Assembly (NCBI GenBank): GCA_003971905.1
Contig: RSEE01000040.1
Coordinates: forward strand, 124,001 to 188,000
Length of the DNA: 64,000 bases
Direction: 5' to 3'
Source: Moniliella sp. 'wahieum'
Taxonomy: Eukaryota
The first letter of the stretch is position 1. The number at the start of each line of letters is the position of its first letter. The position numbers and the translations under genes are program-made. The notes under the pieces are model-generated. The model made no database searches, was not told where the DNA came from, and was given only the letters and a program-made list of their open reading frames with translations. Positions 26,651 through 39,815 of this stretch are shown piece after piece.

Positions 26651-29600
26651 ATGAGCTCTCAGACTCAGGAGTCTTGGTTCAACTCCTCAACCCCTACTTC
26701 ACCAACTGCCAGAGCAGAAGAGAGCACCACTCCCGTCGGAGTTGACCACGCCTCCCGCCGCTGACACCATCGCGTGAATCTACCCCTACACCTCAACCCC
26801 CCCGTGGGCCCCGACAACACCGCGAACGACGTCGCCACCCTCGCCGACCGCATCGCAACATGTTCAAATTGTTTCCCGAAAACATCACCCTCAAACAGCT
26901 ACAGGACACTGGTATCAAGCTTGGGTACAGCGAAAAGACGACCACAGAAGCCATTGTCATGTTATCATGTGAGAATCCACCCAATGCTAGCAAGAACGAA
27001 GGTGCCTTATCGTCAACTCCGGCCGTCGACGACAACCCGTGGGTTGACTCCCGACAAGCTCCTCCGTAGTGCCACTCGCAGCAACGTGCCGTACCACGAG
27101 CGTTTCCACACAACAGCTCGTTTTGGTATTGGACCCGGATCTTCCTCCCTCGTATCCAGATTATCCCTGGAGCGCGTGAGCATCTGGAAACAGGGCAAGG
27201 CCCTGGACGGGTATAACGCAGAACTGGACGCTCACTTGGCCAACATTCTACTCCCGTGGATAGACTCCGAGTCGTCCAGCAGATCACCGCGATGGCACGC
27301 CGGCTCTAGGGTCTGCATACTATCATGCTCTGCGTGATTTGTACGGCACCGTTTCAGACACTGAGATCTGTGATATCCTCATAAAGGTTCTCACTCTCAA
27401 AATGGGCACACAAGTCGGGCCCGCCAATACCTGAATGAGTTCACTGTGGCGGTAACCCAGTACGAGATGACGTCCAAGTCCAAAGCTGGACGAGATTGGT
27501 CTAGCACAGATGCTACGGAAAGGCGTTACTGATCAGGGGTGGTTGCACCTCCATCGTAACAGCAGCTACGCCGAATTGCGCGAGCAGTGAGCGAATCAAA
27601 GGTCCAACTACGGCAGTACCTCAGTTCAAGCCCAGCTCCTCCAGTACGGCCCTTCGGAAGCCACGTCGCACAGCCAAAACAAGCAGTACGGTGACAGGCC
27701 GCGGACGAGGCCGAGGTGGGCAGCGGGTACAGAGGAAGTCACCGTGGTGGCCAACGTGGCGGCCACTTTAGCCGGCCGGCTACGACAGCCCAGACCACCT
27801 CATCTGCCCATGCAGTAACCCCTATGGCAGCCACTACACCACCCAAGCCAGCCAACCTCCCTGCGCAACACGATTCAGGTGCGAGACCATCCGTATTCAA
27901 TGAACGAAGTGCGTTTATCAATCTTCGTCCACACCGCGAGCCCATAGCAGTGGCAAACGGACAGATCGCATACACTGAAGGCATTGGCACCATCTCTATG
28001 TACATTCAAACCCAGAACGGAGCCCCTATCCGCATCCACCTACCCGGCAGCTTGTACTGCCCCACCTTCCCGACCAACCTGCTCAGCGCTTACCATCTAT
28101 CTATCGCAGGCATTGGCAGCTGGATCCCTCCAGGTGGCCATGGTCTCTATCTCGGACGACACGGCGAACCTTTTCGTCTCGCCGCCGACTCAAGCTATTC
28201 CCTTACTCTGGCGCCCAATACGACAGCCACAGCCAACAGCGCCACTTCGCTACTCAACCTTGATGCAACCCTGGTCAAGGTGAAAAACGCCCACATCCGA
28301 TGGAATCATGCACCTCTAGATCAACTTTCATCCCTCACGTCGGATGACCCAGCATTCGAACGGGTCAACAGTGGCGACATCGCTTTAGTCCGGTCCTCGT
28401 GGCACTGTGCACCATGCGCATTAAGCAGAGCCACTGCCCCACCCCACGCCACGACTGGACGCCCAATCCGAACCATTCGCCCTTTCTCTCTCCTCCACCT
28501 CGACGTCCTTGACATATCCCGCCAAGGCGGGGGTCATACTTACGCCCTTATCATTGTCGACGACTTTACGCGGTATACCTGGACGCTACCCCTGGTGTCC
28601 AAGGGTGATGCCACAGCCGAACTTCAAGCCTTCATCCGGCGCGAGCATCGCCAACATCCCGACCGCCCCCTTCAGACGGTCCGCTCTGACAATGCGCCTG
28701 AACTCACCACCGCAATGGACGAGTTTTACTGCGAGCTGGGAGTAGTGAGCGAGCGCACCAATCCTGGCGAAAGTGCGTCCAATGGGGTCGCCGAACGCGC
28801 CATAAGATCGATTACGGATCGCGCTCGACTCATGGTAATCGCCAACAGATTGACTCCCGACGAGTGGTGGGAACACAGCTTGTTGGCGGCCACATATGCA
28901 CACAACCAGTCGCCGCCGAAAGCACTGGGTGGGGACAGCCGATTTGTCCGGTACCATGGCTTCAAACCCTCCCTTCGCATGCGCGGTTTTGGCACTCTTG
29001 CCTACCTGCACCTATTGCCCAACCAACGCGAGGGCGGCAAACTTGGTCCGCGGGCCGTCCCAGCAATGTTGGTGGGTTACGGGCACGGCCGCGGTTCGAA
29101 GGGGTGGCTCTTTGCCATCCACCAGGACGACGGCCAAGTTGGATTCCGTTGGAAAAAGCCGTCCACCTGGACGCATGTCCCGTACACCACCGAATATCCC
29201 ACGCACTTTCATCTGGACCCCCTTGTCCCTGCTGGTGGCGGAGAGGTGCGGGGGGGCGGAGAAATGGGTGCTGGTGGGAAGTCAGACAGCTCCCCCCCCG
29301 GCGTGTGCGTTTTGCGATAGATGAACTGACCCGCGATACTAATGGTAAGAAAGACAATGCCCCCCATGGAAAAAGAAAATTAAAAGAACGAAAAACAGAG
29401 GCACATCGCCCGGCTCAAGCCAACGAAAATGAGAATTCAGAGCCTGGCCCCACTCCCACCAACTCCAACCCCCCACATGTATCCCCCCAACCTGTTGCAT
29501 CTGACCCCGCAGGCATGGCACAACGCCAGGCAAAGCAAGCCGAAGAAAATGAAACTATCACAGAAGATGCCGTTGACACTGGCCACCAAGTCCTGCTTTC

Positions 29601-31574
29601 CCCTCCCTCTTCCACTTCCCCTTCCTCTCCCGCCCTATCCCCCTCCCCTCTCTCCCCACCGACACGCTCGCCCCGTGACCGTGCCCCTGACCGATACAGC
29701 CGTCCCCGCACTCGTGCGTCGCAATCCCGTTCGCCAAGCGCGTATCAACGCTCCACCCCTCGACCTGTCCATTCCAGCCAACGACAATTTGCGCGATGGC
29801 ACCTTTTCCCTGCTCGTCAACAAGGCCCCTAGCATCTTTGGCAACCCGGCCGCCCTCTCCGCCCTAGGAATGCAGGCTTTGGTGAGTATTTTCGGACCAG
29901 CGCCGGACACATCCATGCTACCTGCTTCGGAGCCAAGCTCGCCCCCCATTGCACTCGCAATCGAATCCGCGGCAAGTGACACCGAGGTCATACTGACCAC
30001 CGATGGGGTCCCGGTGGCCCCCAAGAACATCAAGAAGTTGGTGGGTCACCCTGCCTTTGATGGCGTACTCGAGGCAATGCGCCTCGAGCTTCGGCGTTTT
30101 GACGAGCGTGACGTGAAGGAAGTTGTACCCATCCCCCCAGGGATCAAACCCCTTCCCGGCATGTGGGTCATAGGTACTAAGACGGATGCGGATGCTAACT
30201 TCCTCAAGTACCGTGCCCGCTACGTTGTGGGAGGGCACCGGCAAGTTCCTGGCACATGGGCGAAATCTTTTGCTCCTGCCGTTCGTACTGCTGCCGTCAA
30301 CACGCTAATTGCGTTGGCCGAAGCTGATGGCCTCCACTTATTTTCTGCCGATGTGGAAGCTGCCTACCTCTATGCCGATATCAACGAGCTCGTCTATGTT
30401 CGACCACCCCCCTTCTTCCCAGAAGCGCCCGGTCATTGCTGGAGACTCAAGAAAAGTCTCTATGGCCTGCACCAGAGCGGGGCCAACTTTGGAGATTGGC
30501 TCCGCACTTTCCTTTGCGACCGACTCCACTTCACTAGCCTAAAATCAGAGCCTGTTCATACGTCGCACCGAACCTCTTGGCCTGATCCTAATCGCCGTCC
30601 ACACTGACGACTTTTTGGTCGCGTGTCGGTCCCAAGAAGCGTATGATGAATTCTTAGTGGAATTAAGGCGCAGCATCCAAATTAAGTCCAACGGCCCCCT
30701 ACGTTTCCATCTCGGCTGCCAATACGACCGTATCGATGGACGACTGTACATCAGCCAACCCAAATTCATCGCTGAGACGCTTGCCGCGCATGACATATCA
30801 CCTCACCGGCCCCGCTACCTTCCAATCGGCCACCAACTTCCGCCTCCCAAGCGACCCGAACACGAAAAGCGTGCCACTCGAGACGAGCACCGTGCCTACC
30901 GTTCTATTGTCGGATCCAGCTTGTGGGCGGCTCGTATGTCCCGGCCTGATGCCCTCTTTGCGGCTACCTTTTTAGCGCGGTTTATGGACGACCCGTCCGC
31001 CGCCCACCGACGCGCAGCGGAGGACCTATTACGTTTCTTCGCCGGTACGTCTGACTACTCTTTGTGCCTCACACCCAACCGATCTCGCCCTCTACTCGAG
31101 CTGCACACCGATGCCTCCTTTGCATCAGACAAGAGCAACTCTCACTCCGTTTCGGGCCATGTTGTTTTTGTTTTCGGTGTGCCTGTATCCTGGGGCTCCA
31201 AGTCCCAAAATCAAGGTGTGAGCAACACAGCAGCATCTGAATACCTAGCCATGGGAGATGGCCTTCGAGATGCTCTATTCATTCGCAACATACTGTTTGA
31301 ACTTGGTGTCTGCAAGGCTAATCACCCGATTGAGCTCTTTGTTGACAACACCGCTGCCAAAGCGTTGGCCGAAAAGCTCGGCAGCCTAGGCAAAATACGG
31401 GAGATTGACGTCTCGTACCACGAGGTGCGGGAACGCATCCACCGAGGCGAAATTAAAGTCCACTACACTCCAGGTGCACACCATCTCCCTGACTGGTTCA
31501 CCAAACCTCTTTCTCTTCCCAAGATCATTTCTGCGCGTAACAATTTCGATTTGGCTTCTCTTTCTTCGCGCTGA
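26651..31574 (+). CDS. Copia gag-pol polyprotein (frameshifted in the assembly)
   Basis: Protease HDSGA. GAG-pre-integrase H..WNH..C..C. Integrase LLHLDV, IVDDFTR, RSDNAPE, SNGVAER. RT YRARYVVGGHRQ, ADVEAAYL, LKKSLYGLHQS, VHTDD. RNase H TDASF, SEYLA, VDNTAA, DWFTK. Confidence 0.93.
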
Positions 31575-31639
31575 TCCCCTTTCTACTTTTCTTTTGTTGA
31601 TGGCCAACGGGCTTCTTTCGTTCCCTTGGCCCGGGGGGG

Positions 31640-31851
31640 TGTTGGGACCCGTGGTCCCGTACTTAGGCCAAGGCGCCTCATCACCCTTCACCCCTGATTT
31701 GTCCTCCGAAGCCTCCACGTGTATACTCAGGCTTGTCTGAACCCCTGTCTCTAGGTGTGGCACAAGGCTTAGACCTTAACCACCACCATCGCGATTGCAT
31801 TGCTCTACATTTCAGAGGTTCTTCACCCAATCCTTGGGTTCCTCCGGTACA
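31640..31851 (+). repeat. 3' LTR of the copia element
   Basis: tgttgggacccgtgg...cctccggtaca, preceded by a G7 tract and followed by TATAT. Confidence 0.93.
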
Positions 31852-34313
31852 TATATGGGTACCGGAACAAGCAAGACTACTAGCGTGTGCTTTGTACCTC
31901 GGTGAACTATAATAGGAGAGAAACGCTGGATGAGTTGCCTGGTGGGTCAAGCTGGTCAAGAATGGTTGGGCAACAGGAGATGATAATGGCCCGCTAGGGA
32001 GAAAGAACGTCATGAATCAAAAAGACGATACAAACAGAACATCTAGATGGAATAGACAACGTAACGACGAAAGAGAGGAGCAAGGCCAATTTGTGCGCCT
32101 CAGGTTAATGAGCACAGCCTTGATCAAGTATAGAGAAATGTTCCCAGTGACACTCAGTCAGGAAGGGAACAGCCACACCAAGAAAAGGCACAGAGTAAAG
32201 GGCATATCTCGGCCCCACAGCCAAAAGAACGATGGAAAAATAGAGGATATGAACGTTATGAACGTCACAACAAAAGACTCGCAAATAATAAGGAAACTAA
32301 CTCCCAGATCCGGAGGTTCAACTTAGAGCTCACTTGCATATGTAAAAGACCAAAGCAAACCTGAAGTACGATAAAAAATCACACAGGGATCCAAAAGCCA
32401 ATGTACCTATCTCCTCGGCCGTATACAGAAGGGATGCGATTCTGGTCACACAGATCGAAGGGAACTCATGATCCGTTTAAGCACCAGACGGATTAGATAG
32501 CGAGAGAGTCGTTTGGGCCGAGCCAGCCCGCCGTGGCCTGGAGCAGGCACTGCCCCAAAACACAGGGCACCACTCTCATCTCCTCATCGCGGCCGTGTCG
32601 TCACATAGCTGCAGATACCATAGAGAGCGTAGGTGACGAGTCAGATAGATCTCCCAACAGCGTCGAAAGTGGGATGTCTGAAAGGCGCGTGCGCAATGGC
32701 TCTGAGACAGCTGACAGCCTACACGTCCCGACGCGAGGACCCGACGAAAGTTATATAGGGCCAACAATCCAGGGACCGACGAGGCAACCAGACAATAGAG
32801 GAGGAAAGGAGTGAAAGCATACGCGTTAGTAGCTAATTTGGAAGAAAAAGGAGGAAGAAAGGCGACAGGGGTCAAAGGCGATCCATTGAAGGCGTAAAAA
32901 CACGGAGAAGAGAGATAAGACGGTCAGGAACGGCGTCGAGCGTCTGCGTCTCCTCTGTTCCCACCTCTGTCCAGCAGCAAAACCCCACGGAGTCACAGCC
33001 CTAGAACGTCAAGGGCACTTCTCGGCCCGACAACAATAATGGGAAGAGCATGCCAAAAGTCAAAAGCAGCGGGCAAGGTATATTCCTTGTCGGGAGACTC
33101 TCATCGTTGGTGAGAGGACAGACAAAAAGGTCGAGTAGCGCAAGTTCATATACTAGTCTCAGCGACGGAAGAAGAATAAATATGGGGTACTCCTATGATA
33201 ATCTCTTCGACGTTTGATAGAGAATGTACCCACAAGTCAGCACACAATCCCACATTTCCCCCTTGTAGTTGTGGTGATATCATATCGCCTCTCCAGCGTG
33301 TGGAACGTGGCTACGGTGCGACGATATCCTCTCCAGTGTGGAATGGTGGACCCGTGGACCGGTGGCGACGGTGGCGACGGTGGCGAAGGTGACGAAGGTG
33401 GCCCACAAGAAGCTGGGGTGAAGCCCTGGATGGCCGGGCCGTAGGCCCCGTGGTCTCCTCGTCTATTATATAAGGACGAGGCTGAAAGATGATGTTTGCA
33501 ATGGATTAGAATACTCACCTTCCTGTCTACAGCGCGTTCGCGTATATATAAGTCCAGGACACAGATCACAGTAAGTGCATATTGGCACATCCGTCTTCAA
33601 ACACGGGGTCCTCCATAACAACCACCACATGTTTTATGGATGGTTGCAGGGTAAGGGTCATTATTGTGGTCACTATCGCCTGGCCTTTTGTGTTGGTTGC
33701 TGAGAATATCAAGGTTGGATTGGGGCTAATCTTTGATGCTGGTTCCCACACCCAGGCGTGCGTGTTTTTGCCCTTGATACCCCACAGACACCAGCTGCTT
33801 TTCGTTCCTAAGCCCGTTTACCTCTCAAATCGCTCTTTAGCTACATCCTTGTTGGCTTTTTCCTGCTCCTCCCATAATTTTCTCTTGGCAGTTGTGCTTC
33901 TCCTAATAGACAGACAAAAGTGATGCATATAGATACTACCCCTTGTTTGTTTCGTTTTGCTGATAGACCGTAGGAGGACCCCCTGTCCCCTTAGAAGGGA
34001 AACATCACAGTCACGCTACCTATGTGTCCTAACCTTCGGCAGGTTCTTGGTAGCATTCCTCCGTATAGCATTCTAATGCACATGTTCAATTGGGTCGCAC
34101 ATACTCGTCTAATTCCGTGTATCTATAACCGTCGTGTATGTTCATTGGCTTTCACTAAGGGATGATGGCCACCTACACTGTTACGGTTTATGATGAGGGG
34201 AGGGGTTCAGGCAGGAACAAGTGAGGGCCGGTATGGATATGAATGGCATATCTGGGATGCGAAAGCACATTGAACCTGTGAGAAGGCACGGGGGAAATAG
34301 TGAGGAAAAGAAG

Positions 34314-34385
34314 AGACTCGAATGGGATTCGAACCCATGTCATCGCCTATTGGCCAGGGATGCGTTACCACTACGCTATCGAGCC
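34314..34385 (-). tRNA. tRNA-like gene with an irregular anticodon arm (isotype unresolved, CCA or GCC register)
   Basis: GGCTCGA/TCGAGTC acceptor stem, GCGT-AGTGGTA-ACGC D arm, ATGGG-TTCGAAT-CCCAT T arm and a downstream T run. The anticodon arm TCCCTGGCCAATAGGCGA has no canonical U33 register. Confidence 0.75.
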
Positions 34386-37300
34386 GGGATAAGAGCAGCT
34401 GCAGGATCACAGTCTAACAGAACCTCAATTGCCATTAGGCACATTTTTACCTCTCTTCCGCGCACGGTTTTGGAGAGCGAGAGCGATGCCAACACCCTGT
34501 TACTGTCATAGAAAAGATTAGTTTATCCTTCTAAGGCCAAATAAGGGAGGAAGGAGAGGAGGCGATAGCGAGCAACCGGCATGGTTCTCAGTAAAAAGGG
34601 TTGGTGCCCAAGATATATGGCGCGATCTTCATCCCTATTCATCTCTGTCCCCTCTATCCATTCCAGTGACCTCTCCGTTCCCTTCCGCGCCCACCTCCTG
34701 TTGTGGACCACATATATACACACACTCTGTATTGTTGATGATTCTAGTGTCCATGGTGCCAATGCGAAGTTAAGAATGCAGAATGCATACACATGAGCCT
34801 ATGAGAAGTGCAGGACCTTTTCCATAGCAGGAAGTACACCCGCGGAACAGCAGAGAGAAAACTTCCGGGAGGGTACAAGAGAGGGAGAATATATATGGAT
34901 GTACATCTCAGTTTTGCACTGTGCAAGACCGCGACTGAGTGGAATAACCTGCATTGTCTCGCTCGCTCATCCAGTCATCACTCGGGAGCACGAGTCCCGC
35001 CATATACCTCAACAGTAGGTATAGCCACAGTACTTTTGACTCAAACGAGATGTGACATCCACGGATGAACATGATGCATTTATTGTTATATCCCGGGTCC
35101 CGTCATATGACACTTCGCTTCACCCGGCGCCAGCTCCTTTTCATGAAGTTGGCGAAGCATACAATAAGCCGGGGTGTGCACAAAAATGGTCTGCGCTGAG
35201 TGCGCTGAGTAATACTCGGTGGCTGAATACGCACCTCCCCTTTCCTCTCCTTCCCCCGCGGATACATCAAACAGATGCAACTTGTTGCAAACAAAGATGA
35301 GATTCAGCGCGAGCAAGTGGGCAATGCAGTCAAAGCTGATTCACAGTAGGTGGGTGGTTACCTATACTGCTTTTTCTGTGAGAATTGCCCCCTGTGAGTA
35401 ACTGAGTGTACTGCTTGTGGTGTGTTGGATGCACAGTGCTCGTGTCCAAAGATCCTGTGATGAGTGATTAGTGACTAGTGAAACGAGTGATTCCCCACCG
35501 ACGTCCCAGAAGTGTGCCGTTAGTTGCCGTTAGTACGTGGTAGAGGAAGAAATGAGACAAGGTGCTGGGTCGAACGTCGAGCCCCGACTGAGGAAGAGAT
35601 AGATGGAAGGGAGTGGCACTAGGCCAAGGGTGGGGATACTGGCGTTGTGCTTGAAGCTTGAAATGTGGAAGAAGATCAGAGTGTGACATGCATGACCCTT
35701 CTTGGTCCACACGACCTACAGGTCATATAATCGTTGGCCAGTGTTTTCATTGAGGCCTGGGTGTAGTCAGCGCGTGTCAGCGCCAGCGCTCAGCGGAGCA
35801 CGTAGAAAGTGAATCAGTGCCGCCACAGCCGCCAGTCTAGGGTCGGCCTGAGTTTCTGATTCTATGCGAGATTCTCAGATATCAGGCCTGCTGTGGCCTC
35901 AATATCTCTCGGTGGCGGAGCATGCAACCAGACAAAAGAAGGTCGCTGTCGATGGTACCGGTTATCGATTATCGATGGGTGCGACAGGGGGCGTGGCGCA
36001 AGAGAGCGCAGGTGGGGCGGCAAGCACAGGCGCTATGCCTGGGCTGAGCGCTGCGCCTCAGCGCTCAGGCTGAGTCCAACCACAAACGCAGAGGTTTCCT
36101 GCCTGGCTGGTGTGCTGCCCTGGGCCGGACGTGCTTGCAGATAAATGCCAGGCTCTGCGCCCGTCTGCCCCTCTGCCTGCCTTGCTCCTCTGCACGTTGC
36201 ACCCCAGCCACGCCCACACTTTCCTCGGGAGCTCAGCCTCAGCGCTCAGCCTCAGCGCTGAGCTGAGCACCCGCCCCGTGCACATTGTCCCGCGGCGTGC
36301 CTGTGGCCGTGCGCTGTCCCTGTCCTGTGCTGGGACGCCGTGCTGTGCCGTGCCCTGCCAGCCATGCCCCATGCCAGACTGCCTTGGCCGCCACAGGCGA
36401 CATGAACGCCTCGTTTGCCCCCCTTCCCCCCCTCGGCCCCGCGCGGTCAGGCACGTCAGGCACAGGCCCCGTGCCTATCGCTCCTGCAAGCGGCACGCCT
36501 CATGTCGAGGATTGGGCCTAGGGCGCCTAGCGCCGCCGGGGCGGTGGGAGCCGCGGCAGTGCGGTCGCCCTTGAGAATCTGGACAGTTCGAACAAGCCCG
36601 CGCTCAGCTCAGGCGCTCAGGCGCTCAGGGCCTCAGGCCTCGGGTGGGCTGGCCTGGCTACGAGCGCCAGCGCACTGCCAAAGCCTCGCTGCCCGCCAAC
36701 AGGCCAGAGACTGCCCCCGGCTGGGCCGGTGCATGCGTGAATGGTGTCGGTCGATGATGCATGATGCATGATGCACTGGGCCGGAGGCTGAAAGGTGGCA
36801 TGCGCAACAGTGCGCCTGTGCTTGCCTGGCCCTTCGCAGCCTTCGCGCCCCACGTCGCTACGGCGGCGTATCCCAAGTCACGCATCAACGTCACACATCA
36901 CGCCCTCGGCCTCAAGATCACTCGGCGGCCGAGCAAAGACTAGTCCTACTCGCCGGTCACGGTCACCGGTCATGCAAGGCATCATACATCCTGCTTCAGG
37001 TGATCACCGATCATCGATCGCACAGTGAGCCAGTGACCGGCGGGAGAACCGTTTAGTCACCGTTCAGGCCAATCCTCGCCCGCACCTGCGAAAGCGCTAG
37101 GCGGTAAGCCCGGTAACCGGCAAGTGCTTCGCGGCGTGTGGAAAGCGTGGCTGGGTCGCGCTCCGCTACCTCCGGTCCCAGTCCTCGCACCGCCTACCTC
37201 GCACCCACCACCACCACCACCCCCCCTTGTTCTCGGACCTCGTACCCTCGGACCTCGACGCGTCCAGCTCAGGTACAGGCGCGCTCCCAGCAGCTGCTCC

Positions 37301-37453
37301 GTCCTTTTTGCGCCCGCCTCTCTGTCCCGTTTCCTTTGCCATCGTTCACAGCTTCCGCCCTGTACTCTTCGCTCCAGCCGCGTCGCCACCTTCCTACTGC
37401 CGCTCGCCGCTGCCATTGCTCCTGTTACCGCTGCGCCCGACGTCCAGACGCCC

Positions 37454-39815
37454 ATGTACGCGTCCGCACCGCCGGCTCACCAACAGGCTGCCCCACCTGT
37501 TGCGCTGCCCAGCCAGCACCCACATGGCCATGCCAATCCTCACTCTTACGTTGTCGCCGGCGCCCCAAGCCGGCTCGCTTCCTGGCGCCCCCGACGCCAG
37601 TGCATACTATGGTGCAGCCCCCTACTTCCCGCGGGTGCCTATGCCTCACCCTCCGTTATCTACGCCTCCCCTTCCGTTCCTGGGCCACATCCGGCCTGGC
37701 GCCCCCCGTCGCTGCCCCGGTTGCTGCCCCCCCAAACGCGTCTTGGGTCGCCGCCGCTCACCCAGCTCCCGGTCTTCCTCCCGCCTACCTCCCCCTGATC
37801 CAAGTGCCTTTGGTCATCCCCCACCCCAACCCCCGCCTCCGCTTGCTGCGCCTTACGACTCCTCCGTCTTCTCCCCCGCTCTCCAAGCTGCTCCCCCCCT
37901 GGAACCCGTTTCGATGCCGGCCAAGCGTTATTTTCCCAAGGACGAAGATGGCGACGACGAGGATGACCGTCCTCTCGCCGAGTCGGTCCGAATGCATCCC
38001 TCTGCCTCGGCTTCGGCAGATATGACGGCTTCTACTCCAGCCACCTCTGTGCCTCGCCGTCGCCGTGTTACCGTTTCAAAACCTGATCCATCCATCCAAC
38101 CTAGCCCGCCAGGCCTATCTTCGACTGACGAGAACAAGGCCAATGGTACCACCGAACGCGAAGACGGCAAGAAGATGAGCCATGTGACCATGTTCCGCTG
38201 TACGGGCTATGGCGACTGCAACATGGTCTTTACCCGCAGTGAGCATCTGGCGCGTCACCAGCGGAAACACAACGGCGCTAAGCCTCTTCACCTGCCATTG
38301 CGGCAAATCATTTTCCCGCCTTGACAATTTACGCCAAATGCCGATACGGTGCACTCGGCAGAGCCACAAAGAATGAAGCAATGCTTTCGGAGCTTGCCAC
38401 TCTCCATGCCCAGCTGGCCGCTAAGGCCGCACAGGCCCAGTTGGCGGCCAATCAGGTAATTGGCCGCGCTCGCGCCCTCTCACGTCGGGAGCGGGACGTG
38501 GCAACCCAGGTCATGCGCGAAAGAAACGTCGGGTCATACCGCCTCCCATACAAAAACGTTCCTGTCGTTGCTCCTGGCACCCACACTATCCCTCCCGCAC
38601 CTCATTTCTGCTTCAGGAGACAGCCTGGGTACACCTGTCGCCCACGATGGCACTGCACCAGTGGCAGCGATCCCTTGGCTCCGCCTCGCTGGCTGCCTCG
38701 TCGTTACCGGGAGGCGGGTACGACCCAGCCACTTGGGTGGAATGGATTTCTCCTGGTTCGGCCGCCCTCCCTCGGCGACGGGACCACCTTTTCGACATGT
38801 GGCGGCTGGTTCTCGCTCCACTGACCCCTACACCCCCCGCAAATGGATTTGGGTCCTATGGTTACGGCGAGTACCGCCGGCCGCCGACATCCGAGTATCG
38901 CATGAATGTTGGCGCGCCCGACGAGTACCGGGTGAGTACCGGGCAGACCCGTATGCGCGGCCTCCTACCACATGGGGGCGGACTATCCCCGTCCCAGCAC
39001 CTCGGCCTCGGCCGTAATGGATGCACCAGTGGGAAATCTTCCCCGCGTCGGGGGCGGAATGGCGGAATTCCCGTCCGCCTACCGCTGCTGGCTTTGGATT
39101 GGCGCTTGCTCCGCCCGGCAGCAATGGCGTTTCTGGCCGCGACGCGGCCTCGTCAGCTCGCCCACTGAGTCAGGGCCGCGACCTCCCTGCACTTCCCTTC
39201 TCGCCCCCCGCCGGATCGGGCTGTCCCTACGGCGTCCAGCCGACCGGGCACACGAGGTGACCGCACCCAGCGCATGGGAACGTCCGGCACACGCGACTCT
39301 CCGCCGGGGGGCAAGTCGGATCGGCCGATTTTGCCTCCACTTTCGTCTATCAGCCGGCCCGGCACCGCGTCGGCAGCAGGTGCGGTAGGGATGGGGGGAC
39401 CTTCCCCCTCGTCCCGGCAGTCGGGACTTGTTCTCCCAATCTTCTTGGTCCTTCGGATCTCCGCCCTCCTTCGAATAATTCCCTCTTTTTCCGTGCTCCC
39501 TCGCGCGGAGGCGAAACAGAGGAGCGACCTTCGTCTCGTGCGCCTTTCGCGGTCTGGCGGTCGTTTGGCGGGTTGGGAATGGGATCGCTTACGGCAGTGC
39601 GCTCGCCTCCGTTGGGCATGACTGCTGCCTCTATCGGGATCTCATGGCCCTGGGAATGGGTATGGCCATCGTGTTTCTGCCACCTCCAGCCCCATCTTCA
39701 CGCCCTTGCCGATGAGGAGAATGACTCGCCATTCCGCTTTGCTCCGCCGCCGAAACCAGCCGACGACGACCGATGGACGTCTGCCACGGACCAGCGGACC
39801 TATGCACCTGCTTAA
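37454..39815 (+). CDS. C2H2 transcription factor of the Usv1/Rgm1/NsdC family; frameshifted
   Basis: [49 protein letters not shown] at about 38190-38355, flanked by P/S/G-rich regions. Confidence 0.85.

Larger units (their letters stand above)
26321..31851 (+). mobile_element. Full-length Ty1/copia LTR retrotransposon with TATAT target-site duplication
   Basis: LTRs at 26321-26535 and 31640-31851 (TG..CA). TSD TATAT at 26316-26320 and 31852-31856. G-run PPT before the 3' LTR. Domain order PR-IN-RT-RH. Confidence 0.96.

Noticed and set aside
35457..35592. Possible box C/D snoRNA (TGATGA..CTGA)
   Set aside because: No terminal stem and no rRNA-complementary guide that I can recognise.
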